A stretch of 62,977 nucleotides of DNA, filler included. It is 4 parts of 4 records of this genome, joined end to end, with 100 filler letters (N's around TTAATTAATTAA, not from the genome) between each part and the next. Parts side by side here need not be neighbours in the genome. Positions count along the whole stretch, not along the records: positions 1 to 19,702 come from DRR723986_1722; 3 more parts are not named here. The stretch is one strand, 5' to 3'. Position numbers and translations under genes: made by a program. The notes below the pieces were generated by a model. That model searched no databases, was not told the origin of the DNA, and saw only the letters and a program-made list of their open reading frames with translations. Positions within the stretch are counted from its first letter, which is position 1. Every line of letters starts with the position of its first letter. This document shows positions 7,855 through 16,409 of this stretch, in pieces.

Positions 7855-9825
7855 CTACTTGACCGTATCGACGGCGACCAAGCCACACTTAATCAGATAG
7901 CTGAATATACCATCATAGAATGACGGTAGACGAGTTTGGTCGGCATCATTTCCGGTGGGGACATAGATAACCATCCCCTGGCGAGCACGGGTCAGGATCA
8001 CCCGGTAAGCGTTTTTGAGATAGAGCTGGCGATCTGCTGAATTTACATTTTGCCAACGCGTGCCCTTAAACGCGTGATGGTTCCAGGCTCCCTCCTGATA
8101 GCGGAGGTCAGCATCCCAGCAGACACCCGCCCAGTCGAGCTCCAGGCCCTGCACATCAAACTCGGTGGCAACCTCTTCGAGGTAATAGGCTGATCGGACA
8201 TCATCTGGCCCATTGAGGAACCAATTTGCCGAATCAATGCTGGCACGTACATTGAGACCTTCGGGTCTCAGCCGATTAGCACCCGACGAGGCAATCAGTC
8301 CATGGCGCTCCGTCCCACGTGCATGTTGACGGAGCCACTCGCGGGCGACATCGATGTCCCGGGTCAGAGCAATCGGATACCGGTCCTTGATCTCCCTATA
8401 GACCCGCTGCGCCTCCTCGGGCCGATTGTCGAGGACGTGACCGACAAACTCCGAAAGCTTCTCCGCTCGGAATGAGCGCATGGACACAGCCAGGTGCAGA
8501 CCTTCCTCCCATTTGACCCGTTCCGACTCCAGAAGCCCATCACGATGCTCTGCGAGGCCGTAGTCAGGATCGTGCAAGCGCTCAGAGACATGCACCTCCC
8601 AATCCGGATAGTGCTCTTGGAGCGCACCCATCCATTCCGCCAATCCGGCTTCGCCAGTGTTGATTTCCTGGCCACCACCTACCAGGCAGATGATCACAGC
8701 CCAGTCTGCATGCCGGTCCATCACGCTGATCAGGAATTGCGGCTCGGACATATCGAAATCCGCCTGCCCGCGCTTCTGCTGCATGAACTTCGACGCTTGA
8801 TCCCGAGTCCAGGCGCGCTGGGCCTCATCGAAGATGACAATGTGCTCGGGCGGTGGCGTCTCCTGCCGCAGAGCCTCATCCCGGAAGTGGTGAATGTTCT
8901 GTACGAAGCTCGACACTTCGCGAAGGGCATCCCCCTTCTTGACCTTGAGACGAGCAACCTGGTCGCGGGCAAGCGCCTCCCGCAAGACAATCACGAGCGG
9001 TCCATTACCGGATAGGAATACCGCCCGCCCCTCCTCATCCTCATGTGAACTCTCCGTCGCGATGTTGAGGCCGGCGAGGGTTTTGCCCGACCCGGGGACG
9101 CCGGTGACAAAGCAAATCGCCTTTTTCTGGTTGGCGCGCGCATCCGCCACAATCTGACGGATACATTCTGTCGTCGCGGTGAGGTTTTGTGCGCCGGCAT
9201 CGGAACGGGCAATTTCTTCGACGGAATGGTTCTGATAGAGCGCCTGAGCCGCTTCGATAATGGTCGGGGTCGGCAGATAGCCGGACTTGGTCCATGCCTC
9301 GGGATCGATCGTGGCTGTCGGTCGAGGCACCAGCCCCCGCAGGAGCAGGGCTAACTCCTTACCGTTGGAGAGGATGGGCGCGGCCACCCAGTCGTCTGCC
9401 CAGTTTGCCTCCTCCGGCGCCACATTGGGTGCCCGCGTGGCGATGAGGATGGGGACGATGGGCAAGCCATGAGAGCCCTTGTGGAAGTTCTTGAGGTCGA
9501 GAGCGTAGTCATACACCTGATCGATGGCGCTACGATCGAAACTCGACGCCCCGACTTTGAATTCCACCACGAAGACGGTGCCATCAAGCAGTAGGACGAC
9601 ATCTGCCCGCTTCCCCATACGCGGGATGGCGAATTCGAAGAAGATTTCGCCGTGATCAAGCGCCCTCAATTCGTCCTGGAGCAGCTCAATCTGTACTTTC
9701 CAAGCATCGCGTTGCGTGAGCTCCAGGGCAAAGCCGTGCGCTGCCGTCAGTTGCCCGAGGATCTCATCGACGGACTGATTCAGGAACCGATCGATCGGGG
9801 CTTGGTAATAGGCCGGCGCAATCAC
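7855..9825 (-). CDS. DUF2075 (Schlafen group 3-like) SF1 helicase with N-terminal PD-(D/E)XK nuclease-like domain
   Basis: EF..PRMGKRADVVLL..VVEFK; Walker A GVPGSGKT; IFDEAQ; FDVQGLELDW; YRVILTRAR; likely GTG start at 9825 (GGAGAG RBS). Confidence 0.85.
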   Translation of the reverse strand: MIAPAYYQAPIDRFLNQSVDEILGQLTAAHGFALELTQRDAWKVQIELLQDELRALDHGEIFFEFAIPRMGKRADVVLLLDGTVFVVEFKVGASSFDRSAIDQVYDYALDLKNFHKGSHGLPIVPILIATRAPNVAPEEANWADDWVAAPILSNGKELALLLRGLVPRPTATIDPEAWTKSGYLPTPTIIEAAQALYQNHSVEEIARSDAGAQNLTATTECIRQIVADARANQKKAICFVTGVPGSGKTLAGLNIATESSHEDEEGRAVFLSGNGPLVIVLREALARDQVARLKVKKGDALREVSSFVQNIHHFRDEALRQETPPPEHIVIFDEAQRAWTRDQASKFMQQKRGQADFDMSEPQFLISVMDRHADWAVIICLVGGGQEINTGEAGLAEWMGALQEHYPDWEVHVSERLHDPDYGLAEHRDGLLESERVKWEEGLHLAVSMRSFRAEKLSEFVGHVLDNRPEEAQRVYREIKDRYPIALTRDIDVAREWLRQHARGTERHGLIASSGANRLRPEGLNVRASIDSANWFLNGPDDVRSAYYLEEVATEFDVQGLELDWAGVCWDADLRYQEGAWNHHAFKGTRWQNVNSADRQLYLKNAYRVILTRARQGMVIYVPTGNDADQTRLPSFYDGIFSYLIKCGLVAVDTVK

Positions 9826-9849
9826 GCGATGTTCTCTCCAATGTCGCAG

Positions 9850-9966
9850 CAGCCTCGGCAGCTTCGCAATGATCTCTTCAGGCTTGGCTCTCTTGCCCAT
9901 GTCTCAACTCCATAATCGGAGCCGGAACTAACTCAAATACTGGACCACTTTCCGGGAGGCAGACCA
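9850..9966 (-). mobile_element. IS3-family left end remnant (IRL, RBS and first ~15 codons of orfA)
   Basis: Begins TGGTCTGCCTCCCGGAAAGTGGTCCA; encodes MGKRAKPEEIIAKL, typical IS3 OrfA start. Confidence 0.72.
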
Positions 9967-10050
9967 AATGCCGGGATGACGCTGCGTCCCCTTGAAGGTG
10001 AGAAATGGCATGAGTTCAAGCAGCGTGTCGATGATGCAAAGATCGCATGA
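9967..10050 (+). pseudogene. 3' fragment of a gene cut by the IS3 end (possibly phage replication protein tail)
   Basis: Open frame from the IS boundary: NAGMTLRPLEGEKWHEFKQRVDDAKIA*, stop overlaps next ATG (ATGA). Confidence 0.4.
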
Positions 10051-10241
10051 CTCTCAAGCACCGCCTCATCCGACTGGAGAAAGAGAACCCGCCCGTCTAC
10101 CGCTGCGTAGATGACATCCCGACGCCCGTGTTGGAAGCGATGGTGCGCGGTGCCTATCGGGAAGGAAACCACACGTCAGAGGAGGCCGCGCTTTATCGCA
10201 AACTTGAGGAAGGCGGCTTTGAGCTGGGGACAGCCCTGTGA
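10047..10241 (+). CDS. Small hypothetical protein (MTLKHRLIRLE...)
   Basis: Coupled overlaps at both ends (ATGA, GTGA); N-terminal motif shared with next ORF. Confidence 0.6.
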   Translation: MTLKHRLIRLEKENPPVYRCVDDIPTPVLEAMVRGAYREGNHTSEEAALYRKLEEGGFELGTAL

Positions 10242-10462
10242 ACCTGAGGATACGCCTTGCCCGCCTAGAACGGAACGCGCCTGAGGACCGGGCCGACGCG
10301 GATGCCCATTTCGATGGCGTGGTAGCGGCAAGCCTGAAGGCAGCTTTCGAGCTATGGCCGGAAGAGGTGTCGGAAAGTCTCTGCCCAGGAGATCGCGCCA
10401 TCCTTGCCCGACTGGACCCGGACTTGCTGGGCCGTATCGACCGGCTGGTTGTCCGTCACTGA
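10238..10462 (+). CDS. Small hypothetical protein (MNLRIRLARLE...)
   Basis: GTGA overlap with previous ORF; shared LxxRLxRLE start. Confidence 0.6.
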   Translation: MNLRIRLARLERNAPEDRADADAHFDGVVAASLKAAFELWPEEVSESLCPGDRAILARLDPDLLGRIDRLVVRH

Positions 10463-10491
10463 CCGCCCGAAATTGGGTTAGACCGGAGCAC

Positions 10492-10630
10492 ATGGGTGGG
10501 TAGTTGGATGGGTAGAAAATCGCATCCAAAATATTTCAGCATAAATTTCAAGGAAATACAGAATGTGGCTGGCGGTGGGAAGTCGACCGGTGTCGAACCT
10601 TCTCCGGACCTAAAATTGTTGATATCATTG
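10492..10630. other. Putative attachment-site junction of an integrated element
   Basis: RTGGGTAG direct repeats, AT-rich tract, degenerate tRNA-3'-like GGTTCGAC...CCGCCA on minus strand, IHF-like TATCAACAATTT. Confidence 0.4.
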
Positions 10631-10687
10631 ACCTTTTGGAGTTTTTCTAATTCCCTCATCGGCCATGCGATATCGTTCTCCAATTTT

Positions 10688-11677
10688 TCATATACGTTGA
10701 CCATCGAGGAATTCGATGAGCTCATTCGAAATCTGATCCGGGCTCTCCTCTGGCGCGCCATGCCCCACCCCTGGCAGCAAAACCTTGCGGACAAGCCCGG
10801 GGTAGATTTCTTCCATCCGGTCATAGAGCGGCTGCATCGCGGTCAATGCCGGGTCCGCCGCTCCGCCAACGAAAAGCGACGGTTGATTTATGGCCTGACC
10901 GGCCCAGGCGGCGGTCAAGTCCCAGCTGAGGTCGCGGCAGCGATAATGCGCCAGCGGAGAGGTAAAGCCGCCCGCGGCGTAGTGCCGGACATATTCTGCC
11001 AGCGCTTCCTCGCCCAGCCAGGCCGGGGCATGGCCAGGGTCGGGCATGGTATCCAGCGCGGTCTCGCCTGGCATCACGATCAGGCGCCAGCGCTCCGCCT
11101 CGCTCGCCGTGCCCGAAATTGCGTTATAGATACTGCGTAGGCTGACCGCTGGATCTTGGTCAAATTGAGCATCGACCAGGCCCGGCTGCTGAAAATAATG
11201 ATGGTAAAACCGCCCTCCGGTGCGCGCCTCAATCTCTGCCCAGCCTGCCGATGGCCGCTGCGGATCGCGCGGTGGGACCACGGTGCTGACCAGCGCTAGC
11301 GCCGGGAACAGATCCGGCCGCAGCCGCGCTGCCGCCGCTGCAATCCAGGCCCCCAGATCGTGCCCGACCAGTGCTGCCTGCCGCTCACCCAGCGTGGCCA
11401 GCAGGGCCACGACATCGCCTGCGCAATGCAGGACGGTGTAGTCCCCCGTGCTGGCGGGTTTGCCGCTTTCGCCAAAGCCGCGAATGTCCGGCGCGACCAC
11501 ACGATAACCGGCCTGCGCCAACGCCACGATCTGATGGCGCCATTCGAACCACGTATAAGGAAAGCCGTGTAGCAGGACGACCAGTGGCCCGGTCCCTTCC
11601 TCGACATAGTGGATGGCGATGCCATTGGCCGCGATCGTGTGATGCGTGAAACTGGCGGGTTCGATAACGGCTGGCAT
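10688..11677 (-). CDS. Alpha/beta-fold epoxide hydrolase family protein
   Basis: HGFP oxyanion motif, APDIRGFG, nucleophile GHDLG, C-terminal GHG. Confidence 0.9.
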   Translation of the reverse strand: MPAVIEPASFTHHTIAANGIAIHYVEEGTGPLVVLLHGFPYTWFEWRHQIVALAQAGYRVVAPDIRGFGESGKPASTGDYTVLHCAGDVVALLATLGERQAALVGHDLGAWIAAAAARLRPDLFPALALVSTVVPPRDPQRPSAGWAEIEARTGGRFYHHYFQQPGLVDAQFDQDPAVSLRSIYNAISGTASEAERWRLIVMPGETALDTMPDPGHAPAWLGEEALAEYVRHYAAGGFTSPLAHYRCRDLSWDLTAAWAGQAINQPSLFVGGAADPALTAMQPLYDRMEEIYPGLVRKVLLPGVGHGAPEESPDQISNELIEFLDGQRI

Positions 11678-11682
11678 CGGGA

Positions 11683-12162
11683 TCAGTTCCCGGCGAAGCT
11701 GGTGATATCGACCGGTGCGATCCCGTTGGCTGTGCAATAATCATCATACCGCTTCAGCATCGACTTCCAGTTCTCGACCGCCAACACGGCGTCGTTCTCG
11801 TCGACGATGTTCCAGTCGCCCATGACGATGTTGAGCGTGACCACGTCCTCCCCCGGTTGGGCCACCGGCGTGTGAGCCGAAGCGGCGGTTTCGAACACGA
11901 AGCTGCCAGGTCCGGCGGTCCAGTCGTGCTCTTTATAACCCCAACTGCCCGACAGCGTGTAAACGTGGACCGTGCCGGAGTGGTAATGCTTGGGCATTTC
12001 CATGCCAGCGGGCACGCGCAGCAGCGATACCCATTCGCCGTTGACCGGGTTCAATCGGATGATCTTGAGCTTGAGCTCTTCCGAATAGGGTAGGAACGGG
12101 ATCCACGGCAGGGCTTCGACGTCGGTTACAGCGGCGCCCACGGCGTTGGCAAAATAGGACAT
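11683..12162 (-). CDS. Cupin, 2,4'-dihydroxyacetophenone dioxygenase-like family
   Basis: PKHYHSGTVHVYTLSGSWGYKEHDW..GPGSFVFETAASAHT. Confidence 0.85.
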   Translation of the reverse strand: MSYFANAVGAAVTDVEALPWIPFLPYSEELKLKIIRLNPVNGEWVSLLRVPAGMEMPKHYHSGTVHVYTLSGSWGYKEHDWTAGPGSFVFETAASAHTPVAQPGEDVVTLNIVMGDWNIVDENDAVLAVENWKSMLKRYDDYCTANGIAPVDITSFAGN

Positions 12163-12187
12163 GGTAATTCTCCCAAGGTTGTTGTGA

Positions 12188-13450
12188 TCAGGCAGCTTGC
12201 GGGCGGCCCGATGTGTTAAAAGGTTTGCCTGCGCGGTAAGCGCCCCACAGGAAGCCCAGCGAGGTGAAGGCAATCAGATCGGCCCCCAGCAGCGGCAAGG
12301 TCCAGGCATCGGCCCGGCCTTGGCCCGCCAGCCAGTCGCTGCCCAAACCGATGGCCATGGCCACGCCGCCGATCATCAGGATGTTGAGCGCCAGGATGTT
12401 GATCCCGGTCGCAGTGGCTTTCAGGTGCGGCGGCAGTTCCGCCTCGATGACAGTGAAAACCGGGCCGTAGAGCATCGTCATGAACAGCACCGATGCCGCC
12501 ATGCCAGCGAGGAACAGAGGCGTACCGGCCGGAAGCAGGCGATAAGCCACGATCAGCGGGATCAGTGCTGCTAGCACGATCAGGCTCGACAGCGCCCGGT
12601 CGATCGCGAAGCGGCGCTGCGCCCAGTCGGTCAGCACACCAGAGCCAACCGCCCCAGCCAGCCCGAAAGTGACGAACATCAGGCCATAGAGGCTGCTCGC
12701 ATCGGCCTTGGCCATCCCCTTGTCGTCATGGAGCCACAGCTGGACGAACGGGCTGCCCGCAACATGCGCGTGCAGGAACACCATCGCCAGCGAGGCCCAA
12801 CGCAGTCGCCGGTTGGCGCGGAACACCTTCCACCACTGGCCCAGTTGCCCGGTGATCGAAACGGGTTCGCTTTCGCGCGGCATAGGATCGCGCACCCGCG
12901 ATACGGCCAAGGTCGCGGCAATGCCAATCAGGCCCATCATCAGGAAAGTGCCGCGCCAGCCCAGCAGCGGCCCGAGCAATCCCGCGATCAGGAAGCTGCC
13001 GCCGATCCCGAGCGGGATCCCGGCAAAGAACAGCCCGATCGCCGCGGCCTTGTGCCGGTCAGGGGTGCGCGCCAGAATGATGTTGGACGCAGTCGGCACC
13101 AGCGTCGCCTCGCCCGCCGCGACCAGCGGGCGCGCGGCCAGCATCGTCCAGAACCCTTGCGCCAGCCCGGCCAGCGCGGTGAACAGGCTCCAGAAGGCGA
13201 CCCCGCCGGTGAGCACCCGCACCCGGCCCAGCCGGTCGGCCAGCAGGCCCGCCGCGACAGAGGTGAAAGCATAGACCCCGCTGAAGGCCAGCCCCGCGAT
13301 CAGCGCGAACTGGCTGCGCGACAGATCCAGGTCGCGCATGATGTCGGCTGCAAAGGCCGCCACCAGTTGCCGGTCGATCTGGTTGACGATGTGCAACAGC
13401 AGAAAGAACAGGACCAGCCTCAGCGAAATCCGATCCGGCGCCGCCGTCAC
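12188..13450 (-). CDS. MFS transporter (spinster-like)
   Basis: NQIDRQ, GLLADRLGR motif A, about 12 hydrophobic segments; GTGA overlap with tauD-like stop. Confidence 0.9.
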   Translation of the reverse strand: MTAAPDRISLRLVLFFLLLHIVNQIDRQLVAAFAADIMRDLDLSRSQFALIAGLAFSGVYAFTSVAAGLLADRLGRVRVLTGGVAFWSLFTALAGLAQGFWTMLAARPLVAAGEATLVPTASNIILARTPDRHKAAAIGLFFAGIPLGIGGSFLIAGLLGPLLGWRGTFLMMGLIGIAATLAVSRVRDPMPRESEPVSITGQLGQWWKVFRANRRLRWASLAMVFLHAHVAGSPFVQLWLHDDKGMAKADASSLYGLMFVTFGLAGAVGSGVLTDWAQRRFAIDRALSSLIVLAALIPLIVAYRLLPAGTPLFLAGMAASVLFMTMLYGPVFTVIEAELPPHLKATATGINILALNILMIGGVAMAIGLGSDWLAGQGRADAWTLPLLGADLIAFTSLGFLWGAYRAGKPFNTSGRPQAA

Positions 13451-14358
13451 GCTGCGGCTTTGAGCGCAGGGGCATCCGCCCCGGTCCAAGCTGTCGGCAC
13501 CATGCTTTCTGACCAGGCCGCAACCCGGTGCAGCAGGCGGTTGCTGGACGTGACGTCTCCGGACACGCCGTAATGGGTCGTGCCGATATTGTCCCACAGC
13601 GCTACGTCGCCCGGTTCCCACTGGTGGCGGACCTGCAGTTCGGGGACCTTGCTCATGTCGTTGGCAATCCGGATCAGCGCTTCGCTGACTTCGGCGTCAT
13701 AACCCTTGATCCGCTGGATATAGGCATTGCCGACGAACAGACAGGGCTTTCCCGTGGTATGGTGGCCCACCACCGCCGGGTGGACCGAATGCTCGCGGTT
13801 GGCGGCGATCTTCTCGATCATCGCCTGGTCGCCGAAATCGTGCCGCATCGCCAGGTAGAGCGAATCGTGCTCCATCTCGACATTGCGGAACAGCAGCTTC
13901 AGCCCTTCGGGCAGACGGTCATAGGCCGAGGTCATGCTGGCCCACATCGTGTCCGCGCCGAACGGCACTTCGGCAGCCTGCAGCACCGACATGATGTTGG
14001 GGTGCTTGCGCGCGGTCACATCGTGGTGCCACAGGTCGGTGGTGGCCTTGGCATGGTCGGTCTTTAGCTTGCGGACCACCATTACTTCCGGGTGGCCTTC
14101 ATCGGCCATGGTCGGGGCAAAGGTGTGTTCCTCCAGCCGGTCGCCAAAGCCCAGCGCAACCTGCTTCATCTGGTCGAAGCTCAGGTTCTGCTTGCGGGCG
14201 AACAGCGCGCCATAGGTCCACAGCGCGTCGCGCAGGTCGGCCCGGCCGGCTTCGTTCAGTTCAGACAGGTGGCAGCCCTCGATCCACCCGCCGATTACCG
14301 GGGTGCGGGGGACGACGCGGAATTGCGAATAGTCGCGGACTTCAAGTGCTGCTGGCAT
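13447..14358 (-). CDS. TauD/TfdA family Fe(II)/2-oxoglutarate dioxygenase
   Basis: WHHDVT (HxD), GADTMWAS, HPAV, WDN..TTH, RLLHR. Confidence 0.92.
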   Translation of the reverse strand: MPAALEVRDYSQFRVVPRTPVIGGWIEGCHLSELNEAGRADLRDALWTYGALFARKQNLSFDQMKQVALGFGDRLEEHTFAPTMADEGHPEVMVVRKLKTDHAKATTDLWHHDVTARKHPNIMSVLQAAEVPFGADTMWASMTSAYDRLPEGLKLLFRNVEMEHDSLYLAMRHDFGDQAMIEKIAANREHSVHPAVVGHHTTGKPCLFVGNAYIQRIKGYDAEVSEALIRIANDMSKVPELQVRHQWEPGDVALWDNIGTTHYGVSGDVTSSNRLLHRVAAWSESMVPTAWTGADAPALKAAA

Positions 14359-14417
14359 GACACTCTCCCATTGCTTGTTCTGTTGCTGCAGGAATGCCCG
14401 ATTCATCCAAGTCTGAT

Positions 14418-14454
14418 TTGACATTCTGGGTCAAATGTTAAACATTTTGGGACA
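14418..14454. promoter_or_regulatory. Tandem AraC-type binding sites
   Basis: TTGACATTCTGGGTCA and TAAACATTTTGGGACA, direct repeats with 21-bp period between divergent genes. Confidence 0.55.
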
Positions 14455-15434
14455 TGGTGCGCGATTCCATCCCCATGGCCCGCAGCGCGGTGCTTGACGG
14501 ATTCGAAGTGACCGCGCGGGACAGCGGGCTGGATGTCGACGCCCTGCTGCGCCAGGCCCGCATCCCGCCCGCCAGCCTGCGCGAAACCGAATTGCCGGTG
14601 CCGACCGCAAGCATCGTGACTTTGCTGGAAGCTGCCAGCCAGGCGGCCGGCAATCCATCGTTCGGACTGCTGATGGCGCAGGCGCGCAGCTTTTCGGTGC
14701 TGGGGCCGGTCGCCATGGTCATGCGCGAACAGCCGGATCTGCGCAGCGCCCTGATCAGCCTGACCCGGCTGGGCTGGGTTCAGGCCGAAGCGCTGGAAAC
14801 CGCGCTGGAGGATGACGGCGAAACCGCAGTTCTGAACTTCACGCTGGCCCCGCACCTGCCGCGACCGGCCACCCAGATCATCGAACTGGCCGTGGCCGCG
14901 ATCGTTCGGCTGCTGCGCCATTTTCTGGGGCCGGACTGGTCGCCCCAGATGCTCACTTTCAGCCATCGCCGCCCTGCGGATACCGCGCCCTATGGCCGCC
15001 AACTGGGCGTTACGCCGGTGTTCCGGATGGAGCGCAACTCCATCGTCCTGCTGACGGCCGACCTCGACCGGCAGATCGCCGATGCCGATCCCGTCTTCGG
15101 CCGCCAGCTTGAGCGCCTGTTCGAAAGCGCCGGCCGTCAACGCAGTGCCGCCCGCAGCGAGCAGGTGGCCGCAGCGATCAGGCGGCTTTTGCCGACCGGG
15201 CGTTGCAGCGCCCCGGCAGTCGCGGACCAGTTCGGGATAGACCGCCGCACCCTGCATCGCTGGCTGACGGCAGAGGGCGAGGGCTTCGCGCAATTGCTGG
15301 ACCGGACCCGCACGGATCTGTGCGCCCAGTACCGCCGCGAAAGCAGCCACAGCCTGACCGAAATCGCCGGACTGCTGGGCTTCTCCAGCCTCAGCGCCTA
15401 TTCACGCTGGCGGCGCTTGCGGAAAACTTCATAA
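14454..15434 (+). CDS. AraC family transcriptional regulator
   Basis: C-terminal RRTLHRWL...SLTEIAGLLGFSSLSAYSR double HTH. Confidence 0.92.
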   Translation: MVRDSIPMARSAVLDGFEVTARDSGLDVDALLRQARIPPASLRETELPVPTASIVTLLEAASQAAGNPSFGLLMAQARSFSVLGPVAMVMREQPDLRSALISLTRLGWVQAEALETALEDDGETAVLNFTLAPHLPRPATQIIELAVAAIVRLLRHFLGPDWSPQMLTFSHRRPADTAPYGRQLGVTPVFRMERNSIVLLTADLDRQIADADPVFGRQLERLFESAGRQRSAARSEQVAAAIRRLLPTGRCSAPAVADQFGIDRRTLHRWLTAEGEGFAQLLDRTRTDLCAQYRRESSHSLTEIAGLLGFSSLSAYSRWRRLRKTS

Positions 15435-15627
15435 TCATCATGGCAATTAAACGGACCTGGCCGATCAATGATGATGGCAGGGCAAGATAGCTTGATTGTC
15501 AAAGCTAAGTCAGAAAATTTATCCGACATTGGCAATGGCTGCGTTGGATCGGGCGTTTAATGGGTTTCGAAAGCTGTTTGCGTCACAGGCGTTCTAATCT
15601 TGTTTCCAACACCCCAAACGCTGATCC

Positions 15628-16371
15628 TCAGACCAGCCGAATGGTCATGCCCGACAATTCGATATTCCCTTGAGCCGTCAGGCAGCCATGCCGGGCAGCG
15701 TTTGCACGCAGCTGCGCGGCGCGGGCGGAGTGCAGGTCGAAGGCGTGGAATCCTTCCCTGCCGCCGCCTGCCAGGGGTTCAAACCGAAGCTCGCCCTCAT
15801 CCAGGTGGATGCGCGCCACCTGGTCGATAGGTTCCATTGGCCGACCGAGGATTTCCCACCAGCGCCCCGCCATGGCCTGGGGGTCAAGCGCGCTTATTCC
15901 AACCCCGGTAATGGCCTCGTCATCGGTAGCGGACTTTTGCCAGTCCGGGCCGCCCCACTCCCAGTCGGACCAGCGCGGCATGTAATCGACGGACAGCAGA
16001 GTTCCGCCCACATCCTTGGGGTGCAGGTGCATGAAGCCTGCGCCACCGCGATCCAGCTGGTCAGCCACGCGCACACCCGCAGCATCAATCCGCGCGCGCG
16101 CTTCCTCTGCCGCGTCGGTTTGAAGAATGACCATATAGCCGCAGTCGCCGCCCTACTTGGCCAGCAAGCGCCCGACGGTGGTGTTTTCCGTGATGGGCGA
16201 CACGAATTCCAGAAAGGTGTTGCCAATCGCATAGACCGCGTTGCGCAGCCCGTAACGCACGATTGCCGGGTCTTCATAGGCCCGACCCAGGCCCAGAATT
16301 TCGTTAGCTTGCGATGTTGCGGCTTCAAGGTCAGCCACGGCCAGTGCAATCTGACGCAGGCGCAGTTTCAT
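15628..16371 (-). pseudogene. VOC/glyoxalase-like protein with in-frame amber stop
   Basis: ORFs 16153-16371 and 15628-16134 share a frame: ...GRLLAK*GGDCGYMVILQT... Confidence 0.8.
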
Positions 16372-16409
16372 CTTGTCACTCCGGTAGTCAGGGGCGGGGC
16401 CATTGCGGT

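Noticed and set aside
9826-9900. First 25 residues of the 681-aa ORF as native DUF2075 sequence
   Set aside because: They derive from an IS3 orfA start; native start is more likely GTG 9825
10570-10605. Functional tRNA gene
   Set aside because: Only a degenerate T-loop/3' end; no D or anticodon arm
16153-16155. Pyrrolysine/recoded TAG
   Set aside because: No pyl genes in view; other genes in the segment end in TAG normally
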